From the NCBI RefSeq assembly GCF_036321535.1, contig NC_087436.1:9734001-9798000 (forward strand): DNA of 64,000 nucleotides. The letters run 5' to 3'. This DNA comes from Camelus dromedarius (Eukaryota). Positions 30,756-44,870 of this stretch are shown here, in pieces. How positions within the stretch are numbered: position 1 is the stretch's first letter; every line of letters begins with the position of its first letter. The position numbers and the translations under genes are program-made. Below the pieces are notes generated by a model that saw nothing but the letters and a program-made list of their open reading frames with translations, was not told the DNA's origin and did not search any database.

Positions 30756-32370
30756 AATAATGTGGACTACAATGGTGTGTTGGAAGGAGAAGTGAATAAA
30801 TACTGAATATATTTTGAAGGTAATGCCAATAGGACTCTGGATGTGTTGCACAGAATATTCCGTGGAACTGGAATTGGGTAAAGGTATAATTTTTCACCCA
30901 AACCAGAACACCTTGGAAATGAATGAGGATCTTAGTATTTGTGCTGGGGACACAAACATAAACTGTCCCAGGCAAACTAGATGCATGAGCCCCCTAAGTA
31001 GGAAGAAGAGAAAGAATTCAAAGATGACACAAAAGTTTTTAGCTGTAACCACTGCATGGCCAATGTTGCCATTACGAGAGGTGAGGGACTAGAAGAGAAG
31101 TAGGTGGGGGTGGCTTAAATCAAATCCTAAGGATGTGTGAACCCCACATACATACTGTGCTCAGAAGGGCATCTCCAAGCCAGAACTGGGAATAAGATGT
31201 AGAAAACGAAATAAACTCATTATTCCAATTTTCTGGACTTCATTGTATAACTAGCAAGCAGGGCAGTTTGATTGTGAGTCTCAGAAGGTTGAACAAGAGC
31301 GTCTCCTCACGTCTGAACTGAGAATTGGTCTTAGACATGGAGAGGCAGCTAAGCCTGCATGTGACAGTGAGTGATGGCTATTATTGGGAGGTTCCCTGGG
31401 GAACAGACATGAGTATCAATATGGACGCTTGTTCTGCCACTACACACACCCACACGTGCACACACACAGCTGCTGGCGGTTGGCAAGGAAGACAGACTGA
31501 GAACACCAAAGATACACTAGATGCTACAGGTCACTGAGATTTCCTATTTCGTTTCATACCTCCTTAGTTTCGTTGTGTAAATGCAGGACTAAGCTTCAAG
31601 ACTATGATTTGAGGAATTGAAAGTAATTGCTTGTAAAAAAATTGCCTAAATGTATCACAACATCACAAATTTGTATTTTTTCATTTTTTTTTTTCTTTTT
31701 CAGTTTTACAATTTCTTGTTTCCCTTCACTTTTCTCATTCTCTTCCAACTTGATGCCTTTCCTCTTTGTAAAAAAGCATGTGACACAGAGTTATTTGAAA
31801 GTAAGTATCATCATTAATATTTAAAAGGAATATGGAAGCCGTAACTTCTGTTTAATGCTTTTATTAGTCGTTTTACAGAAGTCTATTTTTAAATGACATG
31901 CCAGCATCTGAATATGGGTAACAAACAGAAGAAAACTGGTCATAATTTCAACAATTTTTAAGTAAATCTTGGTCTCTGTAACTCGGATTTCAAGATTAAT
32001 TTTAAAGGAAAATTGTAAATAATCTGCTTGATTTTCTCCCACACCATGCAAAATAGCAGAAAAAGTCTCCATTAATTCCATCAACACATGCCCTATCTAG
32101 ATAGTTCTGTCATCGATTCTATAATTTTATTATAATTAACACTTAGCTGTGACTTGACAGCCACCACAATGCCCAGAAAGAGGGCACAATCGTGTTTCTT
32201 TAATTTCTACAAATCAGTTTTAATGAGCTCTGAGCCCCTCGCCTGCCAGCCTGATAATTAGATTGTGCTCAGTCTGTATTGGGATCGTGTTCTTTCTCTG
32301 AGGGCTTCAGCGGGAAGGTCCCCCAAGACCCTTGAGTGTGTGAAGCTCTGGTGCTTCCCTTGAGCACAAG

Positions 32371-32373
<3 letters not shown>

Positions 32374-32414
<41 letters not shown>
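32374..32414. repeat. (TG)n microsatellite
   Basis: About 20 perfect TG units. Confidence 0.97.
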
Positions 32415-32415
<1 letters not shown>

Positions 32416-33323
32416 GAAACGAGGCATGCTCCTCCAAGCCCTTATCCCACTACCTGGCTCACTGGGTACATGGACCAACTCCCTCTGAAATACAAGTCAA
32501 TTTGAACGCTATCCGAAGTCCTTGTGAAATGCTACTCACTTCCACATTTTCACTTGATTGAAGGCAGAAGATTTTCTAAGTACCTAAAATCCACAAGCAG
32601 CTGAATTTTAAATGACTGCAGCTCTAGAGAATACAATCTCAAAAATTCATTGGGTTCCTCGGGCTGGAGACTGGTTTCCACGGTCTAACTCGCTCAGCAC
32701 ATCAAGTCTTCCAAACAACACGATTGCTTCTCCTGGAAAGAGGACTCCACCGTCTAAACATGGAGTGTCCCTGAGTGCTCTTCAAATGATTCATAATATT
32801 CCCACTTATAAAGCTAAGATAAAGAGGAAAAAAATAACACGGAGAGAACCACTGTCTGAGAAAATCAACTTCTCCAGCGATGTGACTCTAATGTATTCGT
32901 ATCAACAAGATGCGTAGCGTCTGCCCACGCCTTCAGTGACTTACTGGTTTTTACAGGATTATGATGTAAAGATACAAAATGACTTATAGGTAGTTAATAG
33001 CTTTTATTCCTATTGAAAAGAGTTGGTTTTGAGAGTTAAATTGAATATGTGCTAAGTTCCAACCAACTCTGAAAATTCAATCCTTACAATAAAGGAAATT
33101 CTATAAGGGCTGTCTTTTGAATATTGTAACGTGCTAAAAAAAACACTTCTGTAGTTTCAGTGTCAGAAAAAGTTATAAAATGACACAAATGGAGTAAATG
33201 CCATAAAAGGGGGAAAAAAATTAGGAACATTATTCAGAAGTGTCTTTTCTATTGGGCAGAATTCCCTGTTTATAACTCTGACTCCTGACTGTTTCAGTGT
33301 GGTGCTTTGCATCAGCCACTAAG

Positions 33324-33354
<31 letters not shown>

Positions 33355-33469
33355 GTTATTTAAATCTCTGTCACTCTTTTCTTCAGTTTTCCTAACCTCA
33401 CCTAGATGTGGGCAGGTCTGAGAGACAAGAGGGGGAAAACTGCAAAACTTTTTTTTTTTTTAATGATTT

Positions 33470-33600
33470 GCTAGAATGTGAGCTCAAATGAAGAGATTTT
33501 ATTTGATCTTTCTCACTGCTACATCCATGACCTACCACGTGCCAGCAAATAGCAGGCAAGGTAAATATTGGTTGAATACATAAACTAATTAATTAATTGA
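33470..33600 (+). mobile_element. L2 3' end
   Basis: 'ctagaatgtgagctc...gtgccagcaaatagcaggcaaggtaaatattggttgaat'. Confidence 0.7.
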
Positions 33601-34536
33601 AAGCGATGGGAGATGGTTATGGATGTATGGATATCTATATTTTTTAGTAACATTTGGAAGGTTCACCTGTCCTCAGATTATTTCTGCTAGCGTGGTTTGT
33701 CTGCATTTTGCAGCAGGCTAAGCAGGGACCCCTCCCTTCTGAACACCACGCCCAACTCCAAAGGTTTAACCTAAAGGAACAGCTCTCTCTAATGGCTGCT
33801 CAGCCTTCATGAAGTCCCTGCTGAAGTATGTCTTTCTAAATTAGCCCTGGAACCTGCCCTTCAGTGTGTCTTAGACTTGGTCATCTCACAGCTGTCATGT
33901 GTTTATGGATGGCATTTGAGCCCCATCTCTCTAACTAATGAATGTTCATGTCCTTAGAGTAGATGGAACAAGATTGCCTTCAGAGTCTTTTCTGTAATGT
34001 TCAGCTCTAACTTGAACTCAAGGAAGTAAATGTGGCAACAGCTCCCATTCAATTTAGGAAAACGAACCCTAATGTGGAATCATTAGCCTCCCTTCCAGGG
34101 CTCCCTTCTGATAACCGGCTGGGCAGTTCTGGTACCTACCTTCCCCTCCTCTGTGGTTTGCAGGGTGTGAGAGGGAAGCTCTGTAACACATCCCTGCTTC
34201 CCACAGGCAGTGCAACCCCAGGCTGTGTCCTCCAGGGAAGGTCCAAATACTACTTCTTTGAAACAACATAAAGTGTAAACTAACCAAACATGTATTCAGA
34301 ACAGTCCAGCCTTTTCCCTGTGCACAACTGATCAAATTTTCTGAGCAGAACTTTCATCTGGAAGCTGACCTTTCTTTGAAGTGTCCTCTCTAAAAACTTT
34401 TCCATCCACAGCGCCAGCAGCGTTCAATTGTGTTTTTGTGGATATCTTTTTTTTTTCCCCTTATCATACCAAATCTTTTCAGATATATCTGAGTCAGAGT
34501 CAGCACACACTGCCTTCATTAAATAATTTAGAGCAG

Positions 34537-35492
34537 TGTATTGGTTTCCTAGGGCAGTTATACCAAAGTACCAAAAACTGGCTAGCTTAAAACAACAGAA
34601 TTTAGTGTCTCAGTGTTCTGGAATCTAGAAGTCCTTGGTGAAGGTATCAACTGAGCTCAAAGAACCCAGTCAGACCCTGTGGGGCCATGCCGGAACAGAC
34701 CCCAACCCCCCAGTCCTGTATCCTCTGCTGTAGCTCCTCTCTGGTAATAGTATCTCATGCGTATTTCCTGAGTGTTTCAGATGCTAAAAACCACCACCAA
34801 AGGGAAGACATTAACTACTTGATGATGGAGAGCTTCTGGCGACCAGGGGTTGACAGTGTTGACTGCCCTGTTCCCTCATCATCAACCAGTCAGAGGACTG
34901 TGCACAAGCTGATCATGTACCTGTGACCCCCCTACCCTCACCTGCCTTTACATATGCTTTGCTGAAACCCTCCGGGGAGTTCGGGGTTTTTCTGAGCATC
35001 AGCCACCCCATCTTCCTTGCTCAGCCCTGAAAGCAACCTTTCTCTGCTCCGGAGTCTGACGTTTCGGTCTGTTTAGCCTCACAGTGCATCAGGCAACAGG
35101 AACTTGCCTTCTGTAACACTGAAGCTCTCTCCAAGGGCTCTAGGCGAGAAACCCCCCTTGCCTCTTCCAGTTCCTGCCATTCACTGGCAACCCTAGGTGT
35201 TCCCTGACTTATAGATGCATCAGTCCCGTCACATGGCCCCCTTCTTCCTGAGGGCCTTTATATTGTCTTCTCTCTGTGCACATCTGTCTCTACGTACAAA
35301 TTTCTCTTTTTTATAAGGACATCAGTCATTTTGGAATTTGGCCCACCTAGTGACCTCGTTTTGACTTGACCACCCATGAAAAGGCTCTATTTCCAAATAA
35401 GATCACATTCTGAGATACGGAGGGGGGGGTCAGAACTTCGACATAAATTGCAGGGAGGGGCAGTGGCGGGGGGCACAATTCAACACATAACA
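34537..35492 (-). mobile_element. MaLR LTR (MLT1) split by a nested ERV1 LTR
   Basis: tgtattggtttcctagggc start, 'ctagaagtcc', 'ttataaggacatcagtcat', 'tatttccaaataagatcacattc', end 'cacaattcaacacataaca'. Confidence 0.88.
34655..35118 (+). mobile_element. ERV1-type solo LTR nested in MLT1
   Basis: Ends ...ctgtaaca; CTGA on both flanks (34651-34654, 35119-35122); related to 14337-14575. Confidence 0.8.
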
Positions 35493-36664
35493 CACAGGAA
35501 GGGCTGGGTGGATTGAGCTTAAAGAAAAACAGTAAGGGTTGGTTTTTCTTTTCTCTCTCGCTACTCCAGATTTAGCCAAGCCTCTGCGGCAGGTGAGAGC
35601 AGGCACCAGATTAGCTGGACAGAGGAGTCAGCTGCATCCCAGCCCCACTGAACGCACACACCACGTGATGGGAAAGGAGGGGCTGCCTGCGTTTGCCCTC
35701 AGTTTCTGCTCCCAGGACCACCGCTCCGTTTCCCCGCTTGCTCAGCGCCGTGGATGACCGTGGGTGCCCACATCTCTACCATCGTGCTCCTCAAACTTCA
35801 GCGTGTGTCAGAATGACCTGCACCCCTCAGAATTTCTGATCAAAAACCCCTGAAAAATTAGTTTCCAGGTTCCCAGAGACTGAGAGAACCATGGCTTTAG
35901 TGTCATTCACAGTATGATAATCAACAAAACCTTATCACACTTACAATTGATCTTCTAATTCCGGTCACTTGAATAGAATTTTCCACCCTGATACATACAA
36001 CGAACCTCCATCGGGCTCAATATAAGCCTTTTCTAATAAAATGTGAAGTCACATGGCCAGAAATGGGTACTAAAAAATCCACCAGTAAACACCTCTGGTC
36101 TGTGTTTACTTCCTGTGTTTACCTCCTGTAAACGCTGACTTAATGTTCTTGAGGATTCAACCTTCCCCTGGCATTATTAACACAACTGCTGCCTCCTACT
36201 CCCTTGCCAAGCTTTAGTAATCCTATTTTTAACACTGTAATCCAATATTATTTCACAAGTATTTTAAATTCAGCACCTCCCAAACTCAGCCCTCTAGCTT
36301 TACCTGCCCGCTACAACCCTGCTGAAGATCTCCTAGTCCCAGGACTGACACAAGGAAGACAGCGTTGACTCTCCTGCTCTTACCTCCCTTGGAATCCATC
36401 ATTCGCCAGGTCCACCATCCTGTCTCTTCTGGCCCCCACCCGTCCCTTCCATTTTTGCTGTGACCCCACCATTAGGCCCTCAGCTCCTCATCTGGGTCAT
36501 CTCAAACCTTTCCAGCCTCACCCCCACACCTCAGTTTCCCTCAGCCCTTGTCTAAGTCCATCCATACTTCTTCAGCTGACTCATTCATCTGGAACACAGC
36601 TCTGGTCACTTACCTTCCTGCTGGAAACCTTTCTCTGCTGCTACCATTTAAAATTCTCAGCTCA

Positions 36665-37548
36665 ACATGAAAAAATGTCAGTATTGCTAATTATCAGAGA
36701 AATGTAAATCAAAACTACAATGACCCTCACACAGGTCAGAATGGCCATCATTCAAAAGTCCACAAATGACAGGTGCTGGAGAGGGTGTGGAGAAAAGGGA
36801 ACCCTCCTACACAGCTGGTGGGAATGTGGTTTGATGCAGCCATTATGGAAAATAGTATGGAGAGTCCTCAAAAGACTAAAAACAGACTTACCATAGGGTC
36901 CCACTCTTGGGCATATATCCAAAGGGAACTCCAGTTTGAAAAGACACCTGCACCCCAATGTTCATAGCAGCACTATTTACAATAGCCAAGACATGGAAGC
37001 AACCTAAACGTCCATTGACAGATGACTGGATAAAGAAGTTGTGGTATATTTATACAATGGAATACAACTTAGCCATTAAAAAGAATGAAATAATCCCATT
37101 TGCAGCAACATGGATGGACCCAGAGATCATCATTCTAAGTGAAATAAGCCAGAAAGAAAAATACCAAATGATATCACTTACATGTGGAATCTTTAAAGAA
37201 TGAGACAAATGAACTTATTTACAAAACAGAAACAGACTCACAGACATGGAAAACAAATTTGTGGTTACCAGAGGAGAAAGGGGGTGGGAAGGCATAAATT
37301 GGGAGTTTGAGATTTGCAGATAGTAACTAGTGTATATAAAACAGATAAACAACAAGTTTCTTTTGTATAGCAGAGGGAACTATATTCAATATCTTGGAGT
37401 TACCTGTACTGAAAAAGAGTATGAAAAGGAATATATGTATGTCTATGTATGACTGAAGCATTACACTATACATCAGAAATTGACACAACATGGTAAACTG
37501 ACTATACTTCAATCAAAAAATATTTTTAATACATTTAAAAAAATAAAA
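36665..37548 (+). mobile_element. 5'-truncated camelid-type L1 (ORF2 C-terminus and 3'UTR) inserted in L2-like DNA
   Basis: [30 protein letters not shown] peptide; A-rich tail; TSD aaaattctcagct / aaaatccccagcc. Confidence 0.95.
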
Positions 37549-38310
37549 TAAAATCCCCAGCCTATCACACAGGGTCCCCTGCAGTCTAGCCCTACCTACC
37601 ATTTTAATCTTGTATCACAATATTTCTCATGATGCATGGATTCCAAAACCCCCTGCTCATCCCCCAACACACCCCCACTCTCTTCCTCCTCTTCAGCTTG
37701 GCTCCTGTCAGGAATGACCTCATCCATCCAAATTACATCCTCCTCCCACCTTTTCCAGAAACTCCCCATCACCCAACAAGACACGATCTCTTAGTCCTAG
37801 AAACTCCCGTAACTCTGCTTTCAATATACTTCCTTGAGTCACATTTCTCTAATTATCCATGTCTTTGTGAAGTGGATTATAGTTGTAATTATCTGTGTAC
37901 CTCTTCTCTATCACTTTAATTTCATTTAACCTGCACAATAAGATTTCTGGGTTAGTACCCCTCAAACACCTACTTCAATTTTTAACACAACAGGTGGAGG
38001 AGTGTTTTAGGAGGATTTTTGACCAAAAATTAAAGGAACATCTTCCTTCTTCTGGGAAAAAAAAATGACTAATAAGTTTGCTTTGTAAGTAATATAAAAG
38101 ATGAGAGATTTTAGTAAAAAGTGTTCTTTTAATAACGTATTTTTAGCTTTTACTCAAATTGATAATCGACAGTAATCAGATATTGCCTCCCTGGTTTCTC
38201 GCTTAATAGTGCATTATTTTGGAAATCTAAAGAAAGTGTCAAGAACTGTCCCACAGGGACAAGCGAGAAGACATTAGTTCGTTACTAAGTACATGGGAAA
38301 AATCTGATCA

Positions 38311-38447
38311 GAGGATGGTTGAATCTTTGGATGCAGAGCCACAGATTTGGAAGAATTGCAGATACGCAGGACCGGCTATAACTTATACACGGATTTTGGA
38401 CTGTGAAGAGATCAGTGATCTCCAAGAATGTTCAAGAGTCAATTGCA
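38311..38447. mobile_element. TcMar-Tigger fragment (MER8/MER2-like)
   Basis: 'ggttgaatctttggatgcagagcc', 'ttatacacggattttggactgtg', terminus 'tgttcaagagtcaattgc'. Confidence 0.7.
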
Positions 38448-40161
38448 TCTATATATGTATATATCATATTTTCTTTATCCATAGTAATTCTTTTTCTTAA
38501 GAGAATTCTTTATTCAAGCTAAGAACTCTCTTACTCCAGCTAAAATAAATATTATTAATTCATCTCTCTAGTACTACATGAATTTCCCAGAAAGGTTTGC
38601 CTGCAAAAAATCTAGCATGCAGAATTATTTGGTATGCAAATTACACATTATACAGCAATTGTAATTTGGGAACTTGGACTACTGAGAAAGTACGTGTTTT
38701 ATAATATTCACGTCTGCTGTAAAATAGGCATTCAGATTTTTGAATATTAATGTATACATCTGATTGCAACATTAATTAAAATTAAAATTCCTAAATTGAT
38801 TGCATACTTATTATAGCTGAGACATTTTAGAATCATTACCTTGTTTAAGTCTGAAAGCTAACATTTAAGGTAGGTTGTACTCTTACTCCCATTATAAGTG
38901 TATGAAAAATGATACACAGAGAAATTAAATAACACAAGCACACAATGCCCTCACACACACTTTTTTTGGTCAAGGTTTCATATTTTTGGTCTAAGAAAAG
39001 ACTATAGAATCAATCTTCAAGGAGATACAGCCTTAAGACTTAAACCAAACTGTCCAGCCTGCAAGGATGGCTCCAAAGTGAGATGAAATTCCATTAAATG
39101 ACACTGAACTATTATGCTGTTCAGTGAAGAATTTACCACTAGAATTCCAGTGAACCAAAAAGAGTCAAATAGCAAATGAGCTAATTTATAACTAAACAAC
39201 AACTTAGCCTCCAGATAGGAAAATTTGATTCCACTGCTCTTATTTGTTCTTTCACTTTGGAATAGTACAATTAAGCTAGATTTCTAAAAGCAATCAAAAC
39301 ATCCTCCATGCTTTTTCCTGTGTTTTTCTAAAAAATGGAGTTCTGACTGTGATTTGGGAGAATTAGAACTTATTACACATCTTCACATATTTTTGAGGCT
39401 TAGAAAACACAGACTCCACATTTACTTAGAAGTATTTTATTTCTTTTATGCTCCCATTTTTTTTCCCAAGTCCTCTTTTCCAGTAAATAATTATTTATAG
39501 TAACCGACTTAAAGCACTATTTCATTCTAATTGCTTTGATCCTTTGCCCTGTTTATTTAGAGGAGAAGATAACACATTTTAGGAATGCGGTGTGGGCGTG
39601 TGTGTATGAATTAAGTATGAACTGGTGTCCTAGATTTCCTAAGGAAAAAAACTATGTCCTGAAATTGTCAGCCCATCTTGTAACAAACAATGTTGATTCC
39701 ACATCTCAAAAACACTGTGGCATCTAGTCAAGCTTTTCTGAAATACTCCTCTCTCAACATTCAGTTTCTTTCAAATTAAATCACTAAGTAAGTAGCATGC
39801 ATCCTAGTGGTCCACCCTAACCTACCCATAAGGGACCATCTACCTGTATTTGAAGGTTTATGTAGATTCTATCTGAATAGAAGCAGCTGTAGTTCAAGTT
39901 AGGAAAGAATAATTTGTGATTCTTCACCAACTGGGAATAAAAATGTTCTCGGTGTCTTTTCTGGGTTTATCAGAAACTCCCTAGGGCAGAATTCCCACTT
40001 TTACAGAGGAGAACTTTATGGATTTTGTTATCTATTGAATAAAAACAGCAGGGATTCAATCAGAGATTGTCAATACTGTCAAGCCACACAAGGAAGAATG
40101 GACATTCAGAGTCAGCAAGGGAGTCTGAGGAGAGTTGAAAGGGAATAGATCCCCTTCATTT

Positions 40162-40709
40162 TGTTAGGTGGTTAGACAAGTGGGGACACCAGCAGATAAG
40201 GTGGAGGAGAGGGAGGAGGGTCTGGAAAATGGTGTTATGCCCGCCTACAGCATTAAGGGGCTTTAATTCTTCTAAATGAGTGCCAGCAAGGAACCGGTTA
40301 GAACCTGACAGCCACAGCTGTACGGTAGCAACAAGGGCCTAACCAGAAATGACCCAGTGCTCATTGTAATATAATTAGCACTGCAGTTTATGCCCACCAT
40401 GGGTTTGTCTGTGTGCATCACGGGTAAGGACATGTGCAAAAGGGGACGAGCATGACGGAGCGCTCCAGGGGCAAGAGCCGTCAGTCAACGAAGAGACCCC
40501 CTCTAAGTGAGGGTATGAGAGAAGGGGGCAAACAAAGACCATTGCTATCAGCCCTTGGATCAGCTCGCCTCCCATTCTTGGAGGGGTGCTTTCCCTTTAC
40601 TAATCAATCCTTTAAAATCTTTCACCACACAACGCTTCATCTCCCGTCTGAATTCTCTTTCGAGGAAGTCAAGAACTGAGGTCTTTTCCCTTCCCTTTCT
40701 GGGGCAACA
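40162..40709 (+). mobile_element. ERV1-class solo LTR (MER41-like), copy 2
   Basis: TGTTAGG...GGGGCAACA, flanks attt/gttt; colinear with copy 1. Confidence 0.92.
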
Positions 40710-43700
40710 GTTTCATCAAAACTCTTAACATATTTCAGTTTGGTCCTTCGTTCCTCCCTCTGAGATGTGTCTTTTCCCCCTTTCCTTCTCTTCTTTGTAG
40801 ACAGTGGGGTTAGTGCTAGCAGTTTAGCTTCTCAGGAAAAAAAAAAAAAAAGGAATTCTTTATTATTATTATTTTTTAAAATATAAAGTACTCAACGTTA
40901 GAGGACCACCTAATAATAAACACAGGCTAATAACATGTAGTCCGCTCAGTGCCCTTTGGCGACCCAGAACTAATTTGGAAATCTTTTCATCTCTGACGTG
41001 AAAACTTGGCTACTTCAGTTTCCCAGAGAGTTTGGTAACTAAAAATGGTTGGGGAAAGAAATCAAGTTCGATGCCTGGTCTGCTCTGGAAAGGCACTCCA
41101 AAACTCTCCCAGGCTCTTTCTAACAGGCTGGCCTTGGATGAGTGCAATGTTTTCTGAGTTAGAAATAGGAAATGACAGACAGCAAGAGATATTGAAGTTT
41201 TAAAAAGTTAGTTGTGGGGGTTTGCAAACAGGGTCTCCTTTTTTTTAAAGTGCATGAGCTATTGTAAAAATCGAAATGTGACCGGTCCTGATGGAATGTA
41301 CCCGCACATCTGACAAACCCTGGTTTTCAGAGAGGGCTAACTCGATTTCCGTTCCACAGGACCGTCCTATCCTGAGAGTCACTTTAATGCCAGGGGTAAA
41401 CAAGAAAAAAGCATCACAGGCAAGGATGGGGAGGACATGTTAAATATTTTACAGTTTGAAAGGACCTCGGGAAGGAAATGGACTTAGACATCCTCTAGCC
41501 TTAGTTTCCGGTCTGGCCAACTGTAACAAGAAGGCTCAGACACTGTCAGCCAAGCCCTGGCAGAACATATGTGAACAAGCATGACTCTCACACCGCCCTC
41601 TCCAAGGACTCTGGTCTTTGCAGGTGCTGTTCTATGAACAAATGGAAAAAATGCAATGCCTTTTTGCCCGTTGCTGTTTTAAAATGCCCTGAAAAGAAAG
41701 CCAAAGATTTTTTCCCGTGGGTTCCCTTTAAAGGGGAAGGGAAATTAACAATTAATATTGATTCTATCCACACCAGACAGATATCTTTGCCAACAACTAC
41801 AGTGCACGGGGTTTACATACCCAGCCATCCACTTAAAATAGAAGCTCCTTTTTAAAAAATGAATCTTCTTTTAATTTTTAAAAATTATTCATAATTTTTT
41901 TAAATTGCATTTTCCCCAAGAAAGTAACTTTGCCAATTTTTTTTATGCCGGAAACCATTTTTTTTATATGAATGTACAGCTGGTAAAACTAAACTGAAAA
42001 GAGGTCAAATGCCTTGTCCCAAAAGAATACCAAATTGGTTCTAGCGTCAGAAATAGAAGCCATGTCTCATGACTTCACCCAGTATTCTAGTTTACACTGA
42101 AAATCTGAATTATTAAAAACAGTTCTAGGGAAGAAGTACTCTTACGAGGCCTCTACAGCTGAAATGAGACAATTGCCCCTGTTGTTAATCTGCAGTGGAA
42201 TAAGACTTTGATTCTCGTTTAAGTTCAACTACAATTAAAAAGGTAATCATACATGTCTTCTATAGAAAGGCATTGTAAAGCTGTCTGAACATTCGCTTCA
42301 GGAGAATACATAAAGTTTAGATATTTAAAATCAAAACAGCAGCCCCAGTCAAAGCAACGGGGGAATATTTGCAATAATAATACTTTTAAATTTTACAAAA
42401 TGCATTATCTGTAATATGAGGTCCCTGATATTTTCTAGGTGAGGAAAATGAGGCTAAGAAAAGAAAATTCAATGCATTCTGTAAGTCAAGCTTCTGGGAA
42501 ATGACACATTTGTGACTTGGATCGATTTGGAGTTTGTCTTATTGCATGCTCTTGCTGAGCAGAATACTAATTTACTTGTTTTATGATGAAGATCATAAGA
42601 TCAACAATGAGACTAACTTATAAATGATATAGACATTATTAAGGCAATTTACATAAAGAGATAATGCTTGGAATTTGCCAGTGATTGTTTAATCTATAAC
42701 ATGATGGCAAAATTTTTAAAAACTCATTCGTGCAAGGTCAGCCTTAAGAAAAATGTATAGAAGCAATCATATTTCTAAATAAAAATTATGAGTGGAGTAA
42801 CTCCCTACAGGGACATTTATTTCATCCAGCATTCATTGAGCACTGTCATAGGCTGGGTCAGAGCTTCACGTGGTCCTCCAGTCCCATCTGCTTCATCTCA
42901 GGAGACACAGCCTTCATCAGGGCTTAGATCTGCCTTCACCTCTCTGATGGAGATACACCCAGGTAAGGTAACATTAGCACAAATTGTCCCACTTGGGAAA
43001 TTGGTCCAAATGAGATGATGATTATTATTAAGACAGATGATTATTAAGTCAAAAATCAAACGTAAGAGCCTTGGCAGGCTGGCAAGACTTCAGCAGATTT
43101 AAGCAACATCAGAAAAACCTTCTTACCCAATGAGACTGAAGCATAAGGTGGATTGGTTAACGAAAAGTTACTTAAAACGGATATTATCAAAGGAGATACA
43201 CATTTCCATTTTTTTTTTACTTAACACCTATATATTTACATTCATCTACAATCTTTAGATTGTCAAGCTTAAGATTCTTCGAGTAAACAGCTGTGATCAC
43301 ACTCTCAAGCTGTTTTTCTTGCATAAACCATAATCAAAAGGTATTTAAGATTTCTAGTTTGTGGTTCTTAAAAGCTTAACGTGAGCATTAAGATCCTTAC
43401 AGGCAAACCAAATGTACAATCCTTCTGGATTTTGGATTTTTCATGATTTCCCTTCCATTATTTTAGAGTTGGCTAGCACACACTTAACTTGAATGCATTT
43501 ATTAAGTTTCCCAACTTATTAAAAGCAATGGCTACCCCAAGTTTTTCCAATCCATATTTTATCCTATCATGTAATATCTAAATGACATAATTACAATAGC
43601 AATTCGACCACCATAAACAGGTTTAACTACTAACACCGTGGACCCTTGTAGGGCCAATAGGAGCAGAAGGAGACAGGTATGCTCAGAAATTGGTGTTAGT

Positions 43701-44745
43701 GACAAACATTTGGAACGTTCCGGGAATCTGTCATTATTGTACAAAGGAAAAGGAAAACATCAAGTAGTCCGAACCAAGGACTTAGCTCGTGATGTCCAAT
43801 GAAAAGTACCACAAAGCAATGATTTCAGTAGGGCACCTCAGTATCTACCATTTTTATCCAGGTCAATTGAGAACTATTTCAGCTTTCTTGGGTTGAATAA
43901 GTTAGACAGTGTCAGCTAAGAGAGAGCGCTGATTTTCCTGAAAGGGAGCTGGTTCTCATCTTTAGGCTGAAACTTTCCACCTACCAAAATAACCCCCTGG
44001 CTGCCCCCTGGAACGTGCTTGGAAGCTTTCACAGTTTATCTCTTACATCAGCCCTTGAAAACTATGTTCATTTCATAATTATTGTATTCATACTGAGTCC
44101 ATAAGAGATAACACTGTTGTGCTTATATTTAAAGACATTTAGTGCATTTTGGAACACCTTAATAGAAACATAATGTAAAATATTTGTAGAGATACTGTTC
44201 ACAATATCTTTTGGGAACATAAAAGCTCTTCTTGTGTTTTCCAGCTCAGTAAATTAAATACCAATAATCTTTTCTGCCGTCCATCCCAAAAGATTTAAGA
44301 GTAGGCAAAAATTCCACATTGCAGAAACTTATAGGTAGCAAATTATAACAAAATGTTCAGTATTTTCTCATCTAAGAAATTCCCTAAGGAACCTAGCAGT
44401 CATTCTAAAAGTTTCCTGTTGGGAATACATTTCTTCTATGATATGGTTCATCAAAGCTTGTGAATCTCTATTTCTGAAAAGTCACTCAGTCAAGCACAAT
44501 ACATATACAGTGCTCCAGGTCCCCCTTAGTGTTCTGAATGATCTTACATTGATTGTAAATTCAGCAAATATATATAATTATTAACACTGTCAATCAGATT
44601 TATTGGCATTTTTAAATGTCTTCTAAAGTATTTGTCTAAGGGGGTGAAATCTACCAATTGAGAGCCATTTTTGAACTGAAGTAAGAGTCAAAAGATATAT
44701 TTTCACCTTTAAACATTAAATTGTCCTTAAAATCATTGGATTCAA

Positions 44746-44870
44746 GGGGGGAGGGTATAACTCAGGGGTAAAGTACATGCTTAGCATGCATGAGGTCCTA
44801 GGTTCAATCCCCAGTACCTCCATTAAAAAAATAAATAAATAAACCTAGTTACTCCCCCTAAACATATTTT
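44746..44870 (+). mobile_element. tRNA-Ala-derived SINE (vic-1-type)
   Basis: tRNA head, (TAAA)n, 'cctagttactccccc' tail; degenerate TSD aaaatcattggattcaa / aagaacagttgggttcag. Confidence 0.9.

Larger units (their letters stand above)
29875..31110 (-). mobile_element. L2 fragment interrupted at 30288-30755
   Basis: Purine-rich antisense L2 phrases: 'gaccagcttcaaggcttttgtcatgatccaagtaaga' continues after the insertion as 'tggactacaatggtg...agaagtgaataaatactgaatatattttgaagg'. Confidence 0.65.

Noticed and set aside
13225..40709. Provirus bounded by two related LTRs
   Set aside because: 27 kb apart, each with its own flanking duplication, and no gag/pol/env between them.
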